Below are positions 13,373 through 24,373 of a stretch of 64,000 nucleotides of DNA, in pieces. The translations under genes were made by a program, and so were the position numbers. Positions within the stretch are counted from its first letter, which is position 1, and each line of letters opens with the position of its first letter. Below the pieces are notes generated by a model, which did no database searches, was not told the origin of the DNA, and saw nothing but the letters and a program-made list of their open reading frames with translations. Location: assembly GCA_973895155.1 (NCBI GenBank), contig OZ316891.1, forward strand, positions 29,928,331 to 29,992,330. Reading direction: 5' to 3'. This DNA is from Marsupella aquatica (lineage: Eukaryota > Plantae > Marchantiophyta).

Positions 13373-15487
13373 CCCGGTAGTACTTCTCTCTTAGAGCCTT
13401 GAACAGTGACGCACAATCCGCATAATCATCCAGCTGCTTGATGATGTGCGGCTTGAGATATAGCATCACTGCATTGACAGCAATCACCTGCTCCTGTCTC
13501 CACTGTCTCACATAAATCTTCTCCTCTCCATCATACTGCTCTCGCGAAGAGAGCAGATGAGCTAAGCCCATGGCCCGTAGAACACCCTTCACTTGCTTCT
13601 CCCACAACAAGTAATCAGTACGACCATCGTACTTCTCCACCTCAAACTTCACTCCTCCAAATCTAGCCATCTCCCTCTTCTTCCCCACTACCAACAGCTC
13701 TGGTAGTAACATAGCTTCCTCCACTGCACGCCGCACCGGTGATTGTACCGGTGTCACAAGTTCCTCTTCAAACGTACTAATCCTCCTCAGACTCTTCGTC
13801 TGACCGTCACGATCCTGAAGCTCCACCGACGCCAATTCTTCCAGTATCCTCCGAGTCACTCATATGAAACAATCACGAAAAAACTTTTTTTTTTGAAACT
13901 TCTCACAAAACTCAAAACTCAACACCGCCGTGTAGCCCACGAAGCTAGGAGTCCAATACTGAAATCCGAAATCAAAATTGAAATTCGACGGAATCGTTAT
14001 TCAAATTTTGGCCAGGGTGGGTAAAACCTTGGGAAACTCCCCCGTTTTGACCACCTCGGAGAATAACCAAAATACCCAGTACAACCCGTCGTCGGAATCG
14101 CAATGTGATCGATGTGCCGCGTTGCTAACTCCAGTGGCAACGTCCTCACCCAAAAAGAACCAAAAAAGTTGTCGTTCGGCGGACGGAATCTTTGTCGGAC
14201 GGCCAAAAAACAGCTCTCTATTTTTTGGGAATATTCCCGCACAGTCCGACAGGTCTCACAGGGGGCTGTTCCCCCTGTCGGAGTGGTTAAAACGGAGGGC
14301 GGCAGGTCCCGACACACAGGACAACCAAGGAGAGGGAAAAAAGCAATAAAAATGTGCCCTAAAGGGGGTGCTAAGGCCCCTTAACTGAAATACGGAGTAA
14401 AAAATGCGCATCCGCGTCGCGCGACGCGAAGCGGGCCAGGGGGTGTACAGGGCGTCTATGCGGGCGAGTACAAAGAAAAACAAAGGTTTCGGGTTGGAGG
14501 CGCGAGTGCGCCTCGCGTCGGGGAGGGGCGCCGGCGAGTGGGCTGGTACGCGAAGGAGGACGGGGTGGGCAGGGCCGGCGTGGGCAGCGGGAAGGCTAGG
14601 CAGCCGGCGAGCGGCTGAAAATGCGCCAGCCGGCGCTGCGTGGGGTGTCGCGGCCGCGGCTGCGGCCTTGTATACACGGTGGGAGGGGGGGTAACAATGG
14701 GGGTACCAAAAGGGGCCGGCGTGTATACACACTTGTATACACACAAAAAAAATGACCCTTAAACCCCCCCCAAAAAGGCAAAAATTAACCCTAAAGCAAG
14801 ATTTGCCGATTACACACCTTAATCGCTGTCGTTTCAAACAAAGAAAGTGCCGACTACCGACGGGAAAAGTTTCTGAATTTCACCGGCACAGTCTGCAGTT
14901 TCAGCAGAGAAAAAACTTGCCGTCACGTTGCACTCACTCCGCGTCAAGTGCCAAACCCGGGCTCAAAATGACCGCTTCGCCGCGATCAAACCGTTGAGCC
15001 ATGGCACTTTGCATTTCTTCCACCGAGTCGGATGTCACGAAGAGAAACCTGGTTCAGATGAGAACAAGCTCCATAGCTTGTGAAAAAACCTGAACGCCTC
15101 CTTCACTCGTCACGTCGCAGTCGGTAACAACTCGGCAGCAATCCAGCTACCGAAACGACCAGCTCGCTTCAACCTTCAACTTGAGCTATAATGTGCGATC
15201 CCTCCCGCACCGCACAGCTCACACTGTTGAAAAACACAAACTCTGGTCTCTCCCCCGAAAAGCCGTCGAACACGAATAAAACCTGAACGACGCAAACTTT
15301 GATTCCTCCGCACCACGGATACCGATCAGCGAGTTCTAACCACCGTTAGAAAGCCCTCTCACTAACCTAACCTCAAAGCCACACACATTCAAGTTTCATG
15401 CGACGAAACTCCGAATATACCATCGACAATGAACGCTGGAAAACCCGTCATGAAAAAAAAAAAAAAAACTCGTCACCTCCCAGGCAT

Positions 15488-15500
15488 GCTCTGATTCCAC
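15488..15500 (-). other. Primer binding site (tRNA-iMet type, one mismatch)
   Basis: Minus strand TGGAATCAGAGC next to the 5' LTR, versus canonical TGGTATCAGAGC. Confidence 0.85.
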
Positions 15501-15501
15501 T

Positions 15502-15845
15502 TGTTGAGCATAGACGACATTCGCAACGGCAAGCCCATGAACCATCCAACGCACAATAGTCGACACAGAGAGATACGTGGTTCATCTCCACATGAGGCTA
15601 CGTCCACGGGAACACACAAGAGCTTTACTGCACTCTAGGCCGACCGGCCATACCAAGCATCCACAACACAAGCTCTCCCTATCTCTCAACTAGCTCCGTA
15701 ACAATGAGCCTAAGTTCCACCAGGGTCTAGCATCAGCCCTGGCTATATGCACAACAGCACTACCGCTAACATTAGCTAAGTCCTAACCCGAGTTAGACTA
15801 ATTGTGGTTAGCTCATGAGTCACAAGACTAGAGCAATATCTAACA
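15502..15845 (-). repeat. 5' LTR of the copia element
   Basis: About 99% identical to 8487-8830. Confidence 0.95.
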
Positions 15846-18241
15846 AAGCTTTCTTATGAGTAATTTATGGTTGTTTCACTCAAAACCAAACGGACTGGCA
15901 AAGCTTGGATGGACTTGCTCAAAACATTTAGGTTAACTTAGATAACACTGTTTACATTGTGATATTTCAAATTTTCTTTAAAATGCCGCTATTTTAATTA
16001 TCAAGCCAAAGATTATTTAAGGTAGTTGGCTAGCCATAAGTGTGATGGAATCTCAGTTGAGACCTTTAAACTTAGATGGGATTCCCAATATGCTCTTGGT
16101 ATAAACTCAAGGTTTCTTATTTAACACAACCATCCACACTTATCTAACATCCTATGCAAACTTCTAAATCATATCTCAGCAATAGGTTTGAAATGGAGAT
16201 CCCATCCAAGCTTACATCTCTTTTAGATAATCAACATTTGTTGATAGGGTTTTGTTGTGAAATTGGAATGTCTAATGACAATTGACAAGTGAAGCAAAGC
16301 ATGTACAGCGCAAGGAAACCCGAGAGTCTATACTAGAATTTGCCATAAAAGTATACCATTCACAACCTACTCCATAGATTAAGCCCAAAGCCGTAATGGC
16401 TCTGTTTTTAAATATATTTAGACTATGCTTGTGAACAGCAACAGTCATGGGGAGTGTGGGCTCAGGGAAACTTTCCTGTACATGTGTGACAACAAACAAG
16501 TGAACGACAAACAAAGTGTTGTTGTTCACTTGTTTGTTGTCACAAACTGAATATCTGTGTGTAAATTTGATATAACCTAAATATAAGGATAAAAATAATA
16601 TATTCTAACAAAGGGTTGACAAGATTGAACCATAAATATAGACCTGAAGAGAGAGTCTAGAAAAGGGCAATTAAAAACACTAAGAGAGGGGCAAAAACAA
16701 GTTTGAAGGTCAATATTACAAAAGATGCACCTTATCTAAGGTAAATCTTACTTAGAAAGGGCGATGAGAAGCTATAGTTGGGGTCTAGGCTTCTAGAGTG
16801 AAGCCTTTAGACCATGACTCTAGGGCCCCACCATGTGAATGGAAAAATGATGGATGATGTATGCCAAATCATGATCATGCATGTTTTGTCATAGTTTCTA
16901 CTTACATTCAAAGGGGAGCATCCAGGCTTCAAGAAAATGAAGCCCGGATGGACCACCAATGTTCGGCACAATGAAGCACAATGGACCACATTTTGGTGGG
17001 CCATGGGAGTTTTGGGCTTATAATTTGATGATTATGAGTCTTAAATAAGTTTTAGTTTACACTGGTAAGGCACCTAGAGAAGGAGGAGACACAAAAAAAC
17101 CCAAGCCCTAATGTTTCATATTAATGCAATGAAAATTATTCTAATAGAATTTACCCCTCAGTATCCCATAATGCATCATTAAACCAAAATGACTAAAAAA
17201 TCATGGTCACTTTGATAGAAGTGTAGCTTACCTACTCCTCTAACACATACTCAAAACTAAAAAATATTTGAATTTATGAACATCAAATTATTGCAATCAA
17301 ATTTGAATTTTAGGAAATGTGGTCCATGGGGGTCTCAAAGACCAACCTTGTGATCCATGGGAGCATCATTTTCAGGCTTCAAAGAATGGGCATTCAGGCT
17401 TCATTTTTATTTTTAATTCAAGCTTGTAGAAATAAAAACACATGTAAAAAATATCAATAAGTTAAAGTAACCTGAATGGGATACCGAACTAAGGTAACAC
17501 CATAATCAGACAAACAATTCAATTGAAACCACAACAGCAATAAATGAATAACCCAGAAAAAGTCACCCATAATGTGGGCATGGGCTTTTTCACAGCAAAA
17601 GCAAAACAACCAAAAAGCGCAAAATAGAGTTCTAGACTACTGATAAAGCTTGTGCTTTTGCACTGGATTGCCCAGTCAAGCTTCCTGCTTTTGACTACCT
17701 TAGGGTCCGCGCTGACCTGGCTTGATGGACGACAACATTGCCTCCCAGATAAGAATGAAGCAACTTCTGCAATCGGCAGCCAAAGCTGCGCCTGCCTTCA
17801 GAATGATCATCGATGTCACAGTAGGTCCCGTCCATACAAGTGGGCGCAGATCACCAGTACCTGCTGTCCAAAAATTGAACGAGAAAGTTTCAGAGCTATC
17901 GAATGCCTGAGCGTTGCCGGCTGAATGGAACTGGAAGTGACAGATTAATATTTCTTTCGCACCTTCGCACCTTCGCACCTTCGGAGATGGCTTGGCTGGG
18001 CATCCTACCTGCAGTGAATTCTCTCTGTAGGGGACTCCCGTGATGTGCACCGGTATCACTGCCAAGAGCTGGTTCTCGGCTTTCTATGTTTTCAATTCCA
18101 CAGCTCAGCTGCTGCCGGTTAGAGAATCCAACCTCTTTTTGAGTATGCACGGATCGCTGATAGAATTATTCTGAGCTGAGGCTTTCACAGCTGAGAAAGA
18201 GAGGTAGAGAGAGGGAGACAGGGAGAGCTACAGACGGCGAA

Positions 18242-21200
18242 ATGGCCGTGGTAATGGAGAGAGGGGAGAGCAGCAACCCGCACATGCGAATGGCAGCAGC
18301 AGTAGCAGCTCCAATACTTACGCAGAAGAGAACAGTGAAGGAGATGGAGAAATCCACCGGAGTGAGACACTTGCAGGCAATCGGTCCCGCGACGGTGCTG
18401 GCGATCGGCACAGCTACGCCTCCCACGGCGTTCGAGCAAGCAACATACCCGGATTTCTACTTTAGAATCACCAATTGCGAGGACAAGACTGCGCTCAAGT
18501 CTAAGTTCCGGAGAATGTGTGAGTTGTTGACGATGACTTCGTCTCTTTGTGCCCGGTCTTTGTCGTTAGGTTAAGTAGTTCAATTTTGGGGTTCCAGCTT
18601 GCCCTGCCCACTGCATCTTCTTTTCTCGATGTTTTGTGCCGAAATGGGATTCTCCGCCGCAAGTTTTGATGAATGAATTAGAGACGGCCCGATGACGATT
18701 CGATGTACTCTCTGTTTTTCCTCGGAACCTGAAGTTCTATTGTGCTGTGGCACGAAAGTGGGTGACTTGTTGGAGCGGAGGTAGCCATTTGTTATAGACA
18801 CTGAAGTTAACCAAGTGGTCTAATCCAAATTGATCACTGCTTCCGAGCGTTTCTTCCTTCGGGGCCGCCGAGTCACATTTGGTGAATTGTAAGAGTGCGG
18901 TAAACCATTCATTTCCAACACACAGTAATCAACGAGGCCCTTTCTACCTGGCGGTCACCTCTGAGTCTTCTCTCGATGTGTAGGTCTCCTTGTACTCGTG
19001 TTCGTCACGGCACCTCTCCAACATTTGACCTTGGATCTCCCCCCGAGGACCGCTCTTGAATTCTTTTAGCTCTCTGGAAGTCTGACTCAATCAGAGGATT
19101 AACGATACTGGATCTTATTTTGAATTCCACCGGGGAAGAAGTGAAAATTTTAGTTGAGTGACAGTTTGACGAGGCTATAATAACTCGACGAGGCTTTTAA
19201 TTTCACGGGGGAAGAAGTGAAAATTTTAGTCGAGTGACAGTTTGAAGAGGATGTAATAACTCGATGGGGTGGGGAAGTGAATTTCCCGAGCAGTGTCAAG
19301 TGCCTACCAATCAGCATACCATCGTCACTGGCTGTGATACCAATCAGCATACGATCGTCCGTCTCTAGGGGTTTGACGCACTGATGTCCATCTGAATTTA
19401 TGTCACTATCAATTTTCTTGAGACCGGTCCACAGTCTTCTGCGAATGGTCGTGTTAGGTCACGCACTCAGGTGCTCCTCGAAGTTCTGTGAAAACAATCA
19501 AATAGTCTCCTTCTCTAGGGGTTTAACGCACTGATCTCCATCTGAATTTATCTCACTATCAATTTTCTTGAGACCGGTCCACAGTCGTCATCTTCTGCGA
19601 ATGGTCGTGTTAGGTCACGCACTCAGGTGCTCCTCGAAGTTCTGTGAAAACAATCAAATTGGGGAAAATTGGAATCTGGGACAAGCTCGAGTCACCAAAC
19701 AGGTTGGGCATCTTGTTGCTGACAATGCTATTTCTGATTTAGATCTTCTCGGAAAGGCTACAGTAGGGCTTACATTGAGGCCTGGACATGGGGGTCAGAA
19801 ATTCTAGCTGTAGATAACAAAATCAGATCAAAAACACCCACCTGCAAGAATTTATTGGTCGATGCGACGATGTATTCCAGTATAGTTTTTGCTTGTCCCG
19901 GCCAAACGTCAATCCCTTTCGTTGAAGAGTAGTAGACAATTCCGAAGCTGTAGTCTCACACCTGTTCCGATAACGGTCTGTTCTGCAAGTCCTGTTTAAA
20001 AAATTCTCACCGCAGATCAAATTTTCATTACACAGATTACATTATTTGTCTGTCAGTCTAATTCGTTTACAATTTGAGAAGCAACTGCCATTCCTATTTC
20101 CGGTGCACTTTGGGTTTGTTGAGTCTCTCTTGCTTTTCGCATTATCGCCATCCTTTCAATATGCTTCTTCAGCCGGCTTGCGTATGTGTCAAGATGCATT
20201 CTTATGCTTCTTTATTGACTCAATTTTTCGGTGTACCGCAACATGCAGGTGAGAGATCAGGGATCAACCAGCGGTATTTCTTCTTGACAGAGAAAGTCCT
20301 GAAGGCTAATCCTACCATTGGAACATATATGGACGGATCGCTGGACGAAAGGCAGGATATCGCTATCCGTGAGGTGCCACGGCTGGCGGAGCAGGCGGCT
20401 ATAAAGGCGCTGAAGGAATGGGGGCAGCCACGATCGCAGATCACTCATCTCGTCTTCGCCACTACGAGTGGGATTAATATGCCAGGAGCGGACGTCACGT
20501 TGACGAGGTTGTTGAGCTAGCCATGATGTCTCTCCTCTGCCCCAGTCCATAGCTAGTGTGTTTGTTTCAGAGACTCCACTCGCTGAATCTTGCTGCTAGA
20601 AAAATGGGTCCCGCGCAGTCCTTCTCTGCTGTTGGTATGCTCACAAGTCCAACTATCAAAATTTTTGGTGAATTTCACCTGATCCAAGCGTATCCTTTTC
20701 TGTCATCATCTCCGCCTGTTTCTTTTGCCAGTTCAGTGTACCCTCCTGACTCCTAAGTATTCATTCCACCGGGACTTCCAGAAGTGAGTACCGTCGAAGG
20801 TATCCCAAATGACTTATGGACATCGAATATATTCCTCCAATTTCGTCCTTTTCGTTTTAATTACTGCATTGTAAGCGGCCTACAATCCGATTCGTGTCCC
20901 ACATTTTTTAAACCGGAGTCGACCCAATAACCTCACGAACAGGCAGCCAAACCGGCCTTGTGCTCATCCAAGTTTAGGTAGCTTGAGTCTTCACTTGCTT
21001 TAGGTGTCAGTATTTCCATTTTGCATTCTGGTTTTGGAAACTTGGGAGTTAAGCTGTTGTTGTCTAGAGTTGTAACGGGGCATTGTAATAACAGTATGTC
21101 GACTACATTGTATTTGATAATCACGGTTAAACTCTGTTGAGATGTGGAAGATTTTTTTCCTCACTATGCTGTGACCTTCGATTGGCCAGGATGCTGGGTC

Positions 21201-22310
21201 TTCGCCCGATGGTGAACCGTGTGATGCTGTACCAACAAGGATCTCTAGGAGGAGCTACAGCGCTGCGAGTTGCTAAAAACCTGGCAGAGAACAATAAGGG
21301 AGCCCGAGTTCTGACGGTCGTAAGTGAAATCACTTGCTCAACATTCCGAGCTCCTGACGAGGAGCATATGGACAATCTCGTGGGCGCAGCGATCTACAGC
21401 GACGGGGCCTCCGCACTCATCATAGGTTCGGATCCGATTGCTCAAGTGGAGCAGCCTCTTTTCGAGATTCGTTGGAGTGGGCAGACAGTTCTCCCAGAGA
21501 GCGATGGGGCGATCGAGGGTCGGCTGACGCAGGCAGGGCTGATCTATCATCTCATGAGGGATGTTCCTGGGCTTGTGTCCAGGAACGCCCTTGCAATTCT
21601 GTCTGAGGCTATCGAGTTGGCCAACTTTCCAGAATGGAATGACCTCTTTTGGTGCGTGCATCCAGGAGGAAAGGCACTTCTTGACGAGCTGGAGAGGACG
21701 TTGCATCTGAATCCAAGGCAAGTATGATGCTAGAATTTATATTTACAGTCTCATCTTTCCTCGTCCTCACAAAATGAGTATGGTTCGAGTCGAGGAAGAG
21801 CAGAAAGCGCTCCGACCTTATTGAGCGAAGGACTTGATTATGCTTTTCCCTTTCACTAGCTAGGTGGACCAACCTTACTGTTCGTATTGTACCAATGGGC
21901 ATAACTGAAGCTGACGAATAGGGCGATTATCAGGCTGTTCTACCAACACACAGTCTGGGCATCATTTTACTGTTTGAAATGTTGGGGAAGCTTAATTTGT
22001 TCTTTACTTAGACAGTGTCTGTGGTAGCCGAGTACTGCTAAATAATGCCCGAGACTGGCTCTCTGTATTCTGACGTCCTGACCCGTCCGTCATGAACCTC
22101 AGGAAGTTGCAAGCGACGAGAGAAGTGCTACGAGACTACGGCAATATGTCTGGCGCCAGTGTGCTCTTCATTCTGGACCGGCTGAAGCAACGGAGTTTCA
22201 ACATGGAGGAGGAGACCACTGGGGAGGGGTGTGAGTGGGGGCTTGTTTTCGGAATCGGACCTGGCTTGACGGTGGAGGTATCACTGCTGAGAAGCTGCAG
22301 CACAAGCTGA
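18242..22310 (+). CDS. Type III polyketide synthase (chalcone/stilbene synthase family) with catalytic Cys>Ser; exons 18242-18518, 20249-20507, 21190-21717, 22103-22310
   Basis: [23 protein letters not shown], conserved intron in the Cys codon of [37 protein letters not shown]. Junctions are in phase. Confidence 0.93.
19125..19660. repeat. Two tandem duplications in PKS intron 1 (~72 bp x2-3 at ~19125-19285; ~150 bp x2 at ~19362-19660)
   Basis: GGGGAAGAAGTGAAAATTTTAGT...AACTCGA repeated; TCTCTAGGGGTTT...GAAAACAATCAAAT repeated. Confidence 0.8.
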
Positions 22311-24035
22311 TGGTCAGTATGTATGTGTGAAGCAAGTGAACCTTCAATCTAGAGGTTCAACAACAGAGTGACCAAATTTGCTTAATACCCCACTTGAAAC
22401 TATGTCAAGGGCTTGGGCATTCAATCCTTGAGGCCGAACAGCAGCGCCACTCAATTTTCTACAGACCCCGCATGAGGATGGATGTCTCTTGCAAGGCACT
22501 TGATTTGTCACTATGGGTTTGTCACTCAACACTGAGTTCCAATGTTCAGCAGCTGAAATCCAGTCGGGACAATGGTTCTACTGGAGTGGCTAACTTACCT
22601 TGTAGAAGGAATGTCGGCACATCCTTGCTGTTGATTTCGCCCTGTAAAGAATTTTGACCTTGAATATTAGCGAGACTTCGACCCGTTTCGTTAGGAAATG
22701 AAATGAGCCACGCGTTCCCTTCCCACAACAACCGGAAGGTCACAGTAATGTACCTTACGCCTAACAAGCTTTGTCCAAGCAAGATCCTCGGTTAGGCTCC
22801 TTGGGTTTCAATTGTAGATAGGCTGCCTAATCTGGCTTCGTGTAATTCTTGGATTGTACAATTCTGGGATTATTGACAATATGAAGAAAAGTTTTATGAT
22901 TTGAGCTTGCGGGAGCCAAACTTGGTCTTTGTCGAGTGGCATTTCCTGACCTTCGGGATACAAGTCTGGAGAGTTCTTTACATTCAGTTTTTGCTCTGTG
23001 ACCTGTTTCTCTGCAAGACTTACCATAGTGTTCACCCTGTTTCAGTCGATGCATTTTTGGTCTCAGTGCTAACTGCTGAGTGCTGAGGCACATCAGGGAG
23101 CTTGAGCGAATCTTGCCCGATCCAGCTTGAGATCCTTCGAGCAGAATTGGAGGCAACCACTGCTCGAGTAATAAAAAGTTGAAGTTAAAATTGGTGTAGG
23201 TGGAGAAAATAAATGTACATGGAGATTCTATGAAAGCACATTCGTAGAGGTGAAACTGAGGTCTTTCTTCCTACGTTCTTCCGAAGCTCGGTTTGTTGAT
23301 ATAGACCTTCTCCATTTTGCTTCCTCTTCTTTTTGGGTCATACTTTACTTGAGCACTGGACGAGTCTTTCTTTACATGGTATGGACACTATGTATGATTG
23401 TACATTTGACCTTGGAAAATTTACAGTCTTCACGTTTGTTCATATCCAGTGCAATGACGTCATCACTTTGAAAGATAAAAGGAGCTCATTAAGAGTACGA
23501 GGTTCGAAAACACAGAAACCATATGCATGAGAATAATATCCGCTCATCAAGACCCCCAATCAAACAGTAAAGCAAACTTGGGTCCTTTTTGACAATTTTG
23601 TCATCAACCGAATTGTGGAATATGCCCCCCTCTGGTTAGTCTAGAACGCAGTGATACAAGATGCAAATTTGGAGAGTGGAATCCCCAGCAAATCGTACAT
23701 GCTCAAAGCCCAAAGTTCACTCAACTAAACAGGTTCTGCGCATAGCAACTGTAGCTGCTGGGCTGTCGACTGTTTTACGTGTAAAGCTTATGTATGTCCA
23801 CGCCGGGCAGAGGGCAATGCCCCTTCTAAACAAATGCCATTAACTTTAATTAACCTTCACACTAACTTTTGTTCTGGACTCCTGGGTGGAGGCAGAGAGA
23901 ATGCCCGCTTCGGGCGTGAGGCAGAGAGAAATGCCCAGGTGGGATTTGGCCTTTTGCAGGCACAGAAGGTTCGGGGAATTTGAAGGTCGCACGACGACAA
24001 CGTGGAGAGGAAGAAATTAATGCAGGAGTAGCGAA

Positions 24036-24200
24036 ATGGACGAGCCGGTGGGAAGAAAGGTTTTAACGAGGAAGAACGGGAGTAGTAGACGACTTCGAAG
24101 GGACGGAAGGGAGGAGGAGTGGGGGAGGAGTTCGGCTTCGACTTCCAGTTCGAGGTTTATTCGGGAGCAGAGGATGATGATGATCCAGCAAGAATCATGA
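24036..24200 (+). other. Candidate 54-aa upstream ORF before the Pumilio gene
   Basis: ATG at 24036 to TGA at 24200 (MDEPVGRK...IQQES), ending 173 nt before the main ATG. Whether it is transcribed is unknown. Confidence 0.35.
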
Positions 24201-24373
24201 GAAGGAGGGCTGCCAAAGCGAAGCAACCACCACCAACACCAACGAGGAGTCGGCAGTGCAACGATGCGTGAATTTGCGTTTTCTGTCTATGCTGGTTCGA
24301 GGACGAAGAGTTTCGGTGGTGGAGGAGGTGAAGGATAAACAGAGAAGGAGATTGAGAAGAAAGAGCAGGACGA

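Larger units (their letters stand above)
9029..13670 (-). pseudogene. Disrupted copia gag-pol (gag with CCHC knuckle, protease, integrase, RT, RNase H)
   Basis: FEVEKYDG (gag), CWNCGKPGH knuckle, WILDSAC (protease), FIDDYSR and TPQ*NGVSER (integrase), YKARLVAKGF, LYGLKQSPR and YVDDML (RT), KHIDIRYHFIR and NPADAFTK (RNase H). Several in-frame stops and two MITE insertions. Confidence 0.95.
8487..15845 (-). mobile_element. Full-length Ty1/copia LTR retrotransposon
   Basis: Two 344-bp TG...CA LTRs with 3 mismatches; 5-bp TSD AAGCT (8482-8486 and 15846-15850); PBS and PPT present; domain order gag-PR-INT-RT-RH. Confidence 0.97.

Noticed and set aside
14256-14837. Ala/Arg-rich ORFs on both strands
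   Set aside because: Open only because of the high GC content in the copia leader.
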